From positions 7,192,001 to 7,256,000 of the forward strand of contig OZ176051.1 in NCBI GenBank assembly GCA_964247055.1: a stretch of DNA of 64,000 bases, read 5' to 3'. The notes beneath the pieces are model-generated. The model was not told where the DNA came from. It was given only the letters and a program-made list of their open reading frames with translations, and ran no database searches. The DNA is from Paragordius varius. Its lineage: Eukaryota; Animalia; Nematomorpha. Position 1 is the stretch's first letter; every line of letters starts with the position of its first letter. This document shows, one piece after another, positions 28,335 through 43,300 of this stretch. The translations under genes and the position numbers were made by a program.

Positions 28335-31300
28335 TGAAATATTTTTTGAAATATATATATAGGGATACATAAAGCCAAAGAACTGGGTATTAAACCTTTC
28401 CTATCCAACATCGACAACACCACCAATGGATATTACGTTATGATGTACATTAGTCAATTTATCCGCCTTGATAACACGTATCTGAGAAAGCGCATTCTTA
28501 ATGAAGAATTGAGTATAATATATATTAGAAAAGATATTTATTTAACAATATATTAGATGGCACTAGTATTTTGTGGGTGATATTCGTTAAATATTCAATC
28601 GGTTTAATTTTCGATATGGTTACAAGTTTCACACAAAATATAACTTTATTTACGTATTGGATAATTTTTTATTATCATTCATTAACTAATAACGTAATAT
28701 CTAGTGTGGCAGTAAATTTTGATTTACATTTAACAATTTAAGTAGAGAACAAATTACCCAATATTTTTAATATTATGTCTTAAAATTTTATTGTGTGAAT
28801 CTAGCCCACAATTTTGATGCCATTAAGCGTGATTTGAAAAAGACACCTGCAAAATCAGCTTCCGCTAACAATACTACAAACAACAACCAAATGAATGCGC
28901 TTAAGGCTCAAATACTTTCAAAACCTAAATTAAAATCGGTAACACAAACCCGTATTACACCTAAATCATTTACAACCGTATCATCAAATAATGTTTCAAA
29001 CATTAATTTTTCTCACGCAAAACTGAATCAATCGGTAAATTCAGTTGTTAAAACACCAACTATAAATTGTAATGGAGAAATGGTGGCTCATAATGGAATG
29101 CACGTTCCCTTGCAAAATAATACCACTAAATATAACAGTTCCCAAATCAACAATAACAACAACTCTGTTAATAAAGTCGCTCAGACTAAATGTAAATCAT
29201 CGTCTCCTTCTATGTTGAAAAATGATGGCCATACACATACCAATAAAATAAAACGGCTTAATGCAAGTCCTATGGATAAAAATGATTATAGAATGATTGC
29301 AGGTAATAAAAATTTGCCCAAATCCCCCAAAGATCTGAAAAATGGAATTGCTTCCAACAATATCAACCACATAAAAGTCGGTAAAAATGGGAAAGACAAT
29401 GGTCGAATAGAAGTTACTAGAAAAGTACATGATGCAACCCATAACGCTAATCAAAATGATTATCGTTCATGTCATAGTTTGCGTAAGAAAAATGATTGGA
29501 TTTTGTCAAAATATGCTGCTGCTGCATTGGACAATGGTTTAAAACAACCTCTTCCTAACCGTAATCCTAAAACTAATTATACGGTTAATAAAAAACTGGA
29601 TAAGAATCTTTCTTCTCAAATTAATGGCGAATCAACTCATGAAACAAATGGCCACATTGATAATTTTATGGATAACAATAAGCATACTTTGCATATTTCC
29701 CATGTGTTAATTTATCAAAGCCTAAAGCCGTTCCTTCATATCAATAAACTTTATGCGCTAGATTTTTCGGTCATTGATGAAAATAACCAGCAGTCTTTAA
29801 CCGATGTACAGGATTTCCTTCAGCCAATAATGATTGGTATTGGTAGATTTACTTAATATTTAATATTTTTGTTGTGTAAAACCTAATTTTTAAATCAAAT
29901 TGAAAGATTTATTAACTTAAATTATTATTAAAACACAAACACAATAAATTTCTTACTTTTGCAGGTAAGTTTTAGATACATTTGTTAAATTAAAATATTA
30001 AAGTCTTTCTTTTTATTTTCTAACTGGAAAAGTTTTTGGAAAATATTAAATAAGATGATTATACCGTTTATTTATTACAAATATTTTATGTAAGAGTTTA
30101 ATTCAAAACCTTAATTTACTACTTTTTTCCGAAAAAGTATTAATCTTTGCTATAATAATAGGACCTAATAGCGAAAAATCATTGGAATTCGATAAACACC
30201 CCACAACCTCACATCGATATCGGTTAAGTTTACGACCCCACGAAATTGGTATTTTCAAAATTAAATTAAACTTATACTGATTATATAAGGCATTGAAAAT
30301 ATGTTGCATTTTTTTAATTTAATATTTTATTAAAGGAGAACATATACTTCGATTTGTAATTGACGGGATACCAATTTGCGTGCTAGTTAACAAACTCATC
30401 AATGATGTTAATCCAAACGAGAATCCATTGTTGGATTTGCATTTCAAAACATTCGATGCTTCTAAAGTTATGTTTCAACCCCTTAGATACTGTGTTTTAG
30501 GGCAACCAGCAAAAATTTTAAGTAAGTCACATCTATGACAAAAAGAAAATATTACCATTTTTTTGTAATAATGTGATATAATATGCTAAATTTTTTTCAT
30601 TAAAGTAAGGGCCAAAGACGCAGGTGCCGGAAAATTGGAAGTATTCATCAATAATGGAGCTACTAAATCGTCTATTTTGGCCCTGGGTAACAAAATGTTT
30701 GAGGTTCAATTCATACCAACTGATACAAGCAAAATTAATTCATCGTCCAAGAATGAAACTGTGTTATCACAAGAAAAAAATATTAATACTGATAATACTA
30801 GCAGCATAACTAATGTTTGGAAATGGCAAACCGTTGAAATTCATTTTAATGGTGAAAATATTAAAGGTATATAATATCTCTAAAGCTTAGTCTAAAAAAC
30901 CAAAAACTTTTATTAGATTTTCCTATAAAAATACGCAACATTTATGTTTTAAAACAATATATATCAGTATTTATAACTTTTGTGAAATGATTTAGATTCG
31001 CCTTGGAAGTGTCCCTTAATTAATCCGGTTGATATAAAATGTAAGGGTAAAGGTATCGATGACCTTGGTCCATTTAAAGTGAAAACACCATTGTCATTTA
31101 CTGTTCGAACCAGTATTTGTACCCTTGATACTTCCGATCTTAAAGTGAGTTTTAATTAAAATTTGTTTACTACATAAGACATAAATAATGGATAAAATCG
31201 TAATTCCAGCTTTGTTGTATAAGATTTATGATAAAAATTTTTGTCACATTCTTATATATTTTAGGTGTCCATAACCTGCCTTCCATGTGCTAGAAAAGAG

Positions 31301-34300
31301 ACTAATATGATGTTGAGATCCGAAATCGACGAAAAAGACACTCAATCACCGCACAACAATTCAATGATAAAGCCTATAGTTACAAGGTTATCCCCGCTTG
31401 AAGTTGGTTTATTTTCGGTTCATTATGTGTTACCAAAGGCTGGAACTTACCGCATAGCGGTCGCACTTAAAATTCGGGCCAAAGAAAATTCTTTATTAAA
31501 CGGTTCATCAATGTTTGCTGGCGCATTAGGGACCCGATCTCTTTCTCGTGAAAAAATTTGTGACTACATGTCAGATTACGACAATAGAATGCATGACATA
31601 GATTCTGATGACTCGAGTGATTCCCAATACAATGAATCTTGTCATTATGTCCAAATACCTTTACGGGTATAACCACCATTTTCAAAATTTTGATGATAGT
31701 TTTTTTAAATTTTTCATTCCATTTAACTAACTAGTTTGAGGAAAAGGTACCAATCTATGAATTGAGCATCAAAGCGTTTGATCCAAACATGATTTCATTG
31801 TCCGATAGTTTGGCCCTCATAAATCCAAGTAATACTAAATTTTATTCAGCAATACCAATATAAATTCGATAATTATTTTCCGAAATTCCTTTTTCCTATA
31901 TGGGCCATTTTTTAGAAAAATGTTTCAAATCAAAATACGTATCATATTTAGTTACAATACCATCTTTGGGTCTACCATTTGAGATACCGATCCGGATTGA
32001 TCCTAAAGCAGGGGAAGGACAATTGGAAATTAATATAGATGATGGTGATACGGAAAATACTGTAAAACTTGTTAATGACCCAACGAAATCTACTTTACCA
32101 GTTGATGTAGACAAGAACGGTAATAACTTTTTAAACTTATTTTTATTATACCATTTGCTATTGAATTATATTAAACAATCTTTCTCTCTATTAGATAATT
32201 TGCGTGAAAAAAAGGAAGGGAAAATATGTGTGATTACTTTTGTACCGACCCTAGCAGTTCACGATGTCCAAGTAAAATTTAACGGATCCGACATCTCCGA
32301 CTCACCAACTAAAATCCATTTTTTGTATGCAAACTCAGCGCAAATAGACGAAAAACTTCCACAAATTATGGAAAATGAAGATGAAAGCATTATGCCTAAT
32401 GGAAACGAAACTATTAGCCCAATCATCTCTCCTGACAATACGTTAAATTTAAAGCCGACAAAATTATCGTATTTTACGTTAGATCGGCTTAAAAACTACA
32501 CAATATTTGATAGTTCCGTTTTAAAAAGTGATAACAGACTTTGTTTATTACGTTATGAAATTGGTGATGGTAAATGTCCAGAACCCGCTACTGTGGAGCC
32601 TATCAAAATATCGGTAATACAATATTATTCGTATAATTTTTATATTCTTCCAATTTATATTTATTATTACATTTATGATAGATTATGGATATGAATTATT
32701 TTGTTTGTAACTTACCCATGGGTTGTACAAATATCAATATATATGCCGACAATGGTGATGAAAAAGCTAAAGTTATATATCACGATATTGAATTTTATTA
32801 ATGATAAGTTACATACATTGTTTTCTATTTTATTATGTCAAACGTTTTAACTTTTACTCAACTCCATACTCATAAAAATATTCACCCAATCCTTATATGT
32901 GTTGTTAGGTTTTCGACGTATTTACTAAACGGTTAAATGATTCGCACATAGCCGTACAACGTATTCAATCATACCTAATAATTTTGGCTTTTACAAATTA
33001 TCAAACAAATTATGCCTTAACATGCCAATGGAGGAATGGTGAGAATGGATGTTTGCATACGATAAAGTTACCCTTAATGTGTGAATGGCCTACAGATTTA
33101 TACGGCATATTGTTTTTTGATTTTGGGGCTAATTTCGGCAAAGTTGTTCAAGATATTATTATGGAGCCAAAACCACCTGTAAATTGTTTTGGATATGCTG
33201 GAGTAGATTATACATTTTCAGGTATGAAATATGTTTTTAAAAAGCATAAATTGTTCCAATTTAATGAAAATGTATCAAACATATGATAATTATTATATTA
33301 CTATAGCTAAATTTTCTGTAAACCCACATGCACCGAAAGATAATAAACCCTTAACTTTGGATTTCATAACACTTTACCATGGTGACAATGATCAAATTTT
33401 GAAAAAGGAAGTCAAAATAGTTAAGATTGATACGAACGATAAATTAAAGTCTTACACTTTTAAATTCAATCCGCTAGTCGCTGGTTTCTATGCCTTTAAA
33501 TTCAATATCAAGGGCCATGGAACAATAAAATGTATATTATTGCATATTGTGGCCTAATATATTCGTCATCATCAATTTAATTTAAGTTACATTAACTGTG
33601 TTTCTGTTATTTTAGGTTCATTTTATCATGAAATCTATATATTTGATCACTCACCCTGTATGGATTTGAATACATCCGCTATGGCATTAAATCAATATTT
33701 TACGGTGCTACCAACTTCTGCTCTTGATATGCGAAATTTTGTGCTCAAAAATATTAATCCATGGTCCATTTTTAATTCCAATGACTTTTCAACCAATTCC
33801 ACTTGTTTACTTAACGAAAATTTAATATATACTTCAAAGTATGGTCATGACTCTGGTACACCTATAATTGCATGCAAAACTAAATCCTTGTTTTTCCTAA
33901 AACATATTGGAGGTCACCAAAATCTAAGGTTTTACCTTTTACCACTCAAGACATGGTGGAAGATCCAAGAAAGTGAACCTATCCTAAATAATTTATGGTT
34001 AAGTGCATCTTACAATCAGGAAACGCAAAATTTTGAGGTTGTTTGAACAGAAAATTAAATAAATTTATAAATCCAAAAATACAAATAGATTTTTATTTTA
34101 TCCTCATAGCATTAGTTTGTCTATTTCATTTTCTAAAATAATGTTATATAATAAATACACTACTTATATATTTAACCATATTATATAGCTTGCTGTGAAT
34201 GATGAAGTCCCGTGCGGAAAATACATTTTAGTAGCATTCTTATACAACATTCCATTAACATTTTTGTTTGTGCAATTATATGATGAATCCCAAGTTACCA

Positions 34301-37300
34301 TATTAAATGATAACATCGGCGGTCAAACCTTAAAAGAGTTAAAAACTTATACTACTCTTAGTAAGTTAATTGATGATTGTCATTTTGTTAAATGTTTTAT
34401 TTTTGAAATCAAATATATCTATGCTAACATATTTAAATTGTATTCATTTGTGACAAAAAAAATTTACGGGTAATACTGGTTTTTGGGATAATGTATTTTA
34501 ACGAAATTGGGAAAAAGCGAATATTATGAATAAGGATAATGTTTAAATTTAATATACCATTTACTGTTCAAATTCACTCTTAAACAAATCAAATTTACCC
34601 TTGAACAATTCAAATTCACTCTCAAATAAATAACATGTTTTTTAAGATTAGAAATTACCTATATTTTTAAAAATAAAATTTTGTTTTAAATTAAAATAAT
34701 ACTGAAAAAATAATAAATTATGCCATAAAGATATATTTTGTATTAATAATGAGTTATATTAGTTCAAAAACTAATTTATTTTTAGGATGAATTTAAATTG
34801 TTCGAGGGTGAATTTGAATTGTTCAAGGGTGAATTTGAATTGTTCAAGGGTGAATTCTAATTGTTCAAGAGTGTTGAATTGTTCGAGGGTGAATTGGAAT
34901 TATTCAAGGGTGGATTTGAACTGTGAATGGTATAGTTCTAATTAATTTAATTAGATCAAGCATAGAATATAAATATAATGATATTTTTGAACTGTAAAAT
35001 AAATAGCTAAAATATTATTTTAAAATTTTCATTTGTCTAATATTTAACCCTTAACATCATAAACCCCCTTAACATTTTTTGAGTTAAAAAATCATTAGTC
35101 TAAGGCCGTATGAAAAATTTAAAGGGTTTTATTAAAATGATATATAAAATAAATTTTCTGTGATAATAGGGTTTTTTAATAACAAACGGTCATTATTATT
35201 TTTATAATCAACAAACATACACTATCATTTAGCTATCTTTTAACTGTTTTTGTTAAAATAATAGATACATACATTAAAACATCATTTTTAAGCTCATGTT
35301 AACCTCTTGATATGAGCGATATCAAATATTTAATCGTAAAAATTCATACAAAATTCATGGTTTTTTTAATTCATCATAATTTATGCATTTTCTTTATATC
35401 ATATATGGCCCAATAAATCATACTAGTTGTTCACCAAAAAAGGTTTTGTGTCATAATATTTATACAATAATACTTCAATAATATTTTATAAAAAAACATC
35501 TTTTTTTAATATATATATATAAATTGTTTAGTTGACGTTGAAATGGCGGGTGGGGATGGTCCTTTCGAAATAAAATTGAAGGATTGTAAGGCCTTAACCC
35601 AATACCAACAAAATGAGGCATCATCAACAGCCCATGTTGAAAAAACTTATTATGTAACCGCTAAACCTTACATAGGCATAACTGTCCATATAACACCTAA
35701 ACATTGTAATACTGATGCGATGCAAAATATCGAAACATCCGATAAGAATTACACTGAATTTAAATCTTGTATATACTGTATCAATATAAGTCTCTTTTAC
35801 AAACCCACTTCAACTCCGTTTATTGCTAATGCAATAAACAAAAAAACAGTGGATGTTATTGATTTGGGAATAGATCTTACATATTGGTATAAAAGTATTC
35901 CATTTCAAACTTTAAATAATTTGGGTGGACAAAATCGGCAAAGCATACAAAACAGCGCGAAAAACTTTGGATTCTCAATTGATATTCCCTCTCTTGATTC
36001 AGTTATAAGTGACATTAAAGAACAAAACAGACCACCTGCATTAATTGATGCACATATTTTAGCGTGTGAAAAAAATGACATCTCTCCCCAAAATGATTGG
36101 GCACCGGCTTATCGCCCCACTAATCTGAGTGTACTTTGTTTGTTTGATAAATCGATTGATAACGCACAAAATACCACTTTAAGGGACACGATAGAAGCAT
36201 TGAAATGTAAACCGGAATCTTTTTTGACTGATTCCATCACACAAACTAAAAACCATCATAAAAATATTAATCGAACATCAAATCTAGCTATCCCCTTTAC
36301 ATGTTCCATTGAAAATCCAGCATCTCAAAAAAATTGTAAAAATCCACCCATTTTATATACGGTTGGAGTAAGGAAAATCCCGAAAGACAAAATGTTTACC
36401 ATTTTCACTGATTGTAAATCTCTAACAGACTGGTTATTGAACCAAACCCAATCTAAGCTGGACAAAAATAAATTAATCTCCGAATATTATGAACAATTGG
36501 TGGCATTTAATATAAGTTTTGTTCCGTGTGAGGTGGGACTTTATCAACTAGCAATGCATAAAACTCCGACAAGCATGAAAGTAATAATTTTTTAATATAA
36601 GACTCAAAAAATTATGTATTAATTTAAATTCTAATTATATATATATTAACTCTTTAGTCAATCGAAGATATTGAATCATCCCATATGTTAAAAATACCTG
36701 TCCATGTATACGATTGTTCCAAAGTCATCATTAAACCATTAAAGTGCTCTAGAGACATTAAAAACGATGAAAACGTATCATATATACCAATCAAAGAACA
36801 TGGAACCATTTTAGGTAAATCAGAAATTGCTGGATTCTAATAATTTTTTTAAAACCCAGTACCGTTAAAATTTTGGTGTTGCGGTTAAATTGTTTTATAA
36901 TCAAATGATATTCGGATTCGTTTTTCGTTTAAAATTAAATAGTCAAATCAAAATTAGAATATATTTATGTTATAATAATAATAATAATAATAATAATAGA
37001 AAACCCAGACTATTAAAATTTGGGTAAATTGTTTGAACTTGAATATATTGTTTTTAACAATCATTTTTTTTGAATTGTCCTTTTTGTTCCAAAATAACTT
37101 AGTCACGGTTCTAATTTGTGATCCTAAATAAGATCTTTGAATTGACCACAATTTAGTTTAACAACCGTTGACACAATTTTTTAATAATCATAAATTTCCC
37201 TTATTTAATAGGTTAATCAAATAATTTTCTGCGGTAAGCTTAAGAAATTTTTAAAATTATTTCAGGGACGTTAAAGAAAGTTACTTACCTTATTTTCTGT

Positions 37301-40300
37301 AATTTTTATATTAGAATATTTAAAAAATTGTATCCAAAACTATATATATAATTTAAGTTACCTAATGGATTGGCCAATTTTTAGGTGTTCAGCATTAAAA
37401 ACCCCATGAGACTATAAATGCACCTTATTTTGTCCAATATTTATCAAACTTTCTCATTCTCTTGATAAACTCAAGTTTATATAAAATCTCGTATAATTTG
37501 CTAAAAATACTTCATTTTAAGCTATAACCATAAAATTATTATTGTTGTAAAAAACCATAAAAAAATTTGTTCGGGTTTTCCCACATTAATCTTGTGTTAT
37601 ATCTTTTATAAATTTTATCTTATCTTTATTCTATAAAATATAAATAAATTCTGGCAAAATATTTGTTGCAGTATTTTGAGCGTAAACATCTGGATAAAGG
37701 GATAATAAATTAGTATTCTTTTAATTAATATCCTAATTATTTTTTAATTTTATTTATGATATTTTTCCTGTTATCCTGATTATTAGATATTAATTAGTAA
37801 AATCTCTGAATTTACTTTATTTAATATTATATCTCACATGATTCAAGTTTTTCTGAAAGCAACCCTAAATCATAGAAATAATATTTGGTATTGGACTATT
37901 TATATTGGTAAATGGAGAAAAAAAAAAATATTTTGTTTGAATTAAAACGATATTATACATTTTTTTCCTTATAATTACCGATTTGGCGGTTTACTTTATA
38001 GTTATGGCATTTTAATGGTTGCTTATTTTACACTATAGTTGGGCAATTCGCAACACAGTAATGTATGGAAAAAAATGTGAAATAAGCAACTATTAAAATG
38101 CATATCTTTCAATATTCAACAGCGCTTTGTAAATGTATAACAGTTTTACACATCACATTGCTTCGGTTTTCTTCGTTAATTTCATCGGAGTTATATTTGT
38201 ATTTATAATCTCATACATATTATGTGCATTTTTTTGATGCAACAATGTGTATTATTATTATATTTACCATATGAAAAGGTTATTCAAACAAAATAAAAAA
38301 ACCGAAAGAAAGAGAGAATCTAATCATATAAGCAAAAAAATAAACTTAGAATTATCGGTTTTATAGTTTTTTTTACTATTTGTTTGCAAATATAACAATA
38401 TTTTTACAATTTTTTCTTTGAGTACATATTACTTGGTAATATAAATACTCACTAATCTTTATTATCATAAACATATCAATTTCCAAAAAAATATGTGTTA
38501 ATTTTTTTTGATCAATTTTTTGATATGGCCTTGCCCTTTAACACAATTTTTTTTTTCGTTCTAAATTTTTGAAAAAAATAAATTTGAATCATCAATGCGC
38601 TTACCAAACAATAATTCCAATGCTCTCCTTGACCAACCGAAAAGGAGTGCTTTGAACCAAGAGTTATTAAGCGTATTTCAAAAGCGCAAAGATTTTGCAC
38701 TTTTAAAACGAACCTCCCCCATAAAACCATTATTCGATGAAACTGCTAATTCTAATTTTTACAAATATCAGCATAACGGTAATTGATTCTGTATACATAT
38801 AATTGTTTTTATTTTTGTCTAGGTCAATCATAAGCTATTGTGTCCTTAAATAATTCGATAACATCCAATCTTTTTCCTTCCAATTACTCTTATTTTAAGC
38901 ATCAATCCTATATTTCTCTGTTTTTGTTTTTTTATCATATATATTACTAAAGGGTTGAACAAGAGCTCAATTTACTATTTTTTATGTGTTTGCTGGTTAT
39001 TTAGTTATAAAATATAGAGTTATACAATATAATCAATTCCTCGCAATCTTAATACATTTTTCAAATCTTAATTATTGATATATGCATATGAATATAGTTG
39101 ATTGCTCCAAAGCCGGGGGCTGTAAAACATTGGACATTAATATTGTGAATCCTTTAGCAGCAGCTAATGAGGAATCCGCCATCTCCCACGAAATAGATTA
39201 CAGTGATGCCGATCACCATAGGTATAAGGTTACGTTTGTGCCTGAAAGCTTGGAACCGTATTACCATGTCCATATCTCCATCAACAATGAACCAGTCAAA
39301 GGTAATGATAAATATAGGGCTTGCTTTTAAACGAATTTTAGTCCGAATTTTTTGGTTGATTATGAATGATAGGTTTTCGCTTAAATTTCAAATACGAAAT
39401 GGGAGCTTGTGTGGGTGATTTTGCATGAGTTTATTGGAAATCCAATTTTTCCGTTATCTCTTTATGAATGCCGAGAGTTAAAGTTTTTATTAGGTTAAAT
39501 CCAATTTAAGCCTTACTCCTTAAACTAAAAGGAAATAAAGGACACTCAAAGCTGTGTATTTATTTATAATTCTTAATCATACTATTTGGTATTTTTCATT
39601 TTTAATGAATTTTTTAGCGTTATATTGGTGTTGATCCAACCAATAGTATAAACCTTTTAATGCATTTTACGTTTTTTGGATTTTATATTGATACACATAT
39701 TTTTTTGATACAAAAACATATATATGGGATTAAAGGGTTTATAATGATTAAAATAAAATTATGGACGCTGGTTTAAATAGCCAACCAAATATCTAATCAT
39801 ATCGATTGCTATTAAGAATGTGAATTCTTTCGCAATGAATAACATGTGAAAAAAAATATTTTTATTACATTTTTTTGAATAATAAAAATTGTAGATTCAT
39901 AAAACCCAAATAAAAAATCAACAGTTTTCATCCGATTTCATACCATAATTATTGTGTTATTTCGAGCCTATGTAAATCCATTCTAACTTTTAAAGTTTTG
40001 ACTAATAAAACCAGTTATAATAGTTACAAAAAATTTATATAACCTATATACATATTACAGGGAGTCCATTTCTAGCTAAATATTGTCCAGATTATGTTGT
40101 TGACGAGAACGACAATCGCTGCTTAGATGACCATAAAGGAAAGGTTGATATGAGTGAAAGTATTCGACATATAGATAGCATTGATGGTTCGGCTTACGAT
40201 TCAAGCGCTATTCGCCAAAAAATAAAAACGGAAAAATCTTGTCCAGGTATTAATAATATACGATTAGATATTTAAAATTGTGCTGTATTATTTAAAACAA

Positions 40301-43300
40301 AAAAAGAAAATGATTGATATTGTATGTATGCTAAAATTGTTTGAAAACATTGCAACGAGAAAACGGTTTCAAATGTTCCGGTAATAAATATATTGGCCTG
40401 AAGTTTTTTTCCGGTAAGGATTCAGATTTTTTTTAGTTTCTAAATGTTAAAGACTGCTAATATTTTATGGCATATGAAAAATAACCAAAATATTAAATGA
40501 AAATAGATCGTAAGTTTTTTTTAAAACTGTTTTTCAATATTTGTAGTTAAACGTTGAGTTTTTGATTGGTAATCTCAACATTGAAATTAGTTTAATGGTA
40601 AAACCTTTTTTCAGTTCTCAAAAAGTTCGAAACAGCTAATGTTTTGAATTCTACCTCAAAATATGAGTTTTTTAGTTATAATTTTAATATTTTAATAATC
40701 AGAAACAGAAGCCACTACACTTGGAAGTTCCAAACATTTTATTGATAATGCATTCGATTCCCAACCTTTGCCAACCCATGGGGTTATCGACAAAGAATTA
40801 AATTTCACCAGTAGGTCTTTTCTTACAAAAACATTCATATATGCTCAAAAATTTTTATCATAATATACGGTTTGTATTCCTTTTTAATATTCCAATAATT
40901 ATATGTCATAACTATTTTTGTGCAAAATAGTTCAATTGAAGCAATCAGACACCGATAATGTGAAAGCGGACGATTTTGAAATGACTGTGGATAAAAATGT
41001 GAAAAATTTGAATATGACAATTTTATCAAACCAATCTTCTGTTGCTGTTTCCTGCATTCCAGAATCTCCAGGAATTCATAATTTTGTTTTGAAGAATGAA
41101 ATTCATGGTAATAAAAATATTTATCTATTTTAATATCTTTTATAAACTTACAGGTAAGGCTAAGATTTGATCTTGTTAATGATCGTTTTATAGATATATT
41201 ATAGTTTTAAAATTATCCTAACAAGAAAAATAATAATTAATATTGAATGGCCATATTTAAGGCATATATTTATTTATACATCCATCTATTTAGAAAAAAA
41301 TCTTGTAGGCTTAGACTATTTCAAATATATCCACTACAAAATAGATTATATCAAGTTAAATTTTTTGATTTGGTGAAGGCAGGTCCGTCTGCAAAACATT
41401 CATCAATTAATTTCTCTCTTAATATACGTTGCAATTAATATAATATATATTTGCATTATTTTTCGTTTGATTTTAGGCCATTCATATACGGAAACCATTA
41501 ATTGTTATGTTTGCGATCCGATTGAAAAACGTCAATTTTTGGCAGCGCACCAATTGCATATTTTTATGCCAGCTACCAAAGTTGATGGAATGATAAAACA
41601 AGGACATCCACTAAAATTTCAAGTTTTTGGACCCTTAAATCTCGAACCATATGACATTGAAGTCAAGGGTTAAAATATTATTAATTCATTTTAAAGTTTT
41701 GTATAAATGTGATAATTGGATCGTTGTTTTGCTATTAATATTATCACAATAATTATATCTATATAATATTGGATATTTAGCAATAAAGAACATATATATA
41801 TTAGTATATTTATGATAATTTATCACAGTAAAATGCCAATTACATTTATGTAATATTTGCCGACTTATTAATTACACTAATTAAATTATTGATAATTTTA
41901 AATTTGATTTATCTAATTTTTATGTAAGTTTTACACATTTTTCAGATGACTATGCATCCATTTTTACCATTTCGCCTAATTCAGATCATGGATTGGATGT
42001 TGAATACACTCCGAAGTTTATAGGTACTTTTCCATACATATATTTTTTTAATAGAGCGATTTATTTTAGACAGCAAATTAATTAATTAAACTTTATTCAA
42101 TATTTTAAAGGATGTAAAAAATTATTTTTTATGTTAGGAGATACTCGAATACAAGTACATCACAATGGTGCACCCATAAATGGGAGCCCAATTCAACTAA
42201 AAATTTATGATTCTACCAAAATATTTGTGAAAGAACTTAAAAAGTTTATAATGTTTACGGAACATATCCATCATATACCCAATTTAGTACAGGAAGAAAT
42301 CTCATTTATAAGTATTATTAAATATTTTTTGTTCCAATATTTTTGGTTTCAACTCAATATTATAATTTGTAAGTATAAACATTTTCACTCGAAGCAAATG
42401 AATTTTTATCAAAAAATTATTTGTAAAATCTATGTAGTTAGTGATTAACACGTAAATAAATGAATTTAGTTAATTTTTTATGAACCTATGTTAATTTTTA
42501 TATAAATAATAATAATAATAATGGAAACAATATTCATTATTATATCTGAGAAAAACGTTTTTTATAAAAAGTTCCTATATTCTTCGATAAACCCCTATAA
42601 TTTTTATCAATTTTTCACAGTTGATGCCAGAAAAGCTGGGGTGGGGAATATGGAAATACTTATAACATGTGAATCCACCCCCATACCAAATAGGGTTGAA
42701 ACGCTTAAACCCGACAATCCAAATTTATTGTCACCTACTCCATTAGACAATGGCATGCATAATAGCAATCATAAAAATGGTTTGGGCTCATTACCAACTC
42801 CCCCAGTCATGTATGATACCCAAAATAATCGAAACAAAAAGATATTTCGTGTTTGTGCCAAACCGTATGCTCCTAAACTCCATAAGATTGAAATCAAGTT
42901 TAATGGTCAACAAATACCAGGTATGAAAAAATGGGTCTTTTTTTACCAACCAAAATCGTATTTAATACATTCCTCCATATGGAGCGATTTTAAAACAAAA
43001 ACTTAGGCTGGGATCATCATGTACTTTTTAGTTTGGAATTAAGGTCATAATTCCAAATTTTTAACTGATTAGTTCCTGCCACAACCCATATGGGTATTTT
43101 GAACCCAATATAATGAGTTAAAACTATAAAAATATTCATATTAATCGTAAAACATAATTCAAAATTTAATTTCAAATAATCAATTATAAGATATCTTAAA
43201 TAATATTCACGATGCGAAATACTTTATTATTTTTAGAGAATTAGACCCATTGAGAGAAATGTGTATTGTATATATTATATGCATTGAACATTTTGTTTTT

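Noticed and set aside
34790-34925. 21-bp direct repeats that look like a CRISPR array
   Set aside because: The units are head-to-tail with no unique spacers, sit inside a TA-flanked MITE in a eukaryotic intron, and there are no cas genes.
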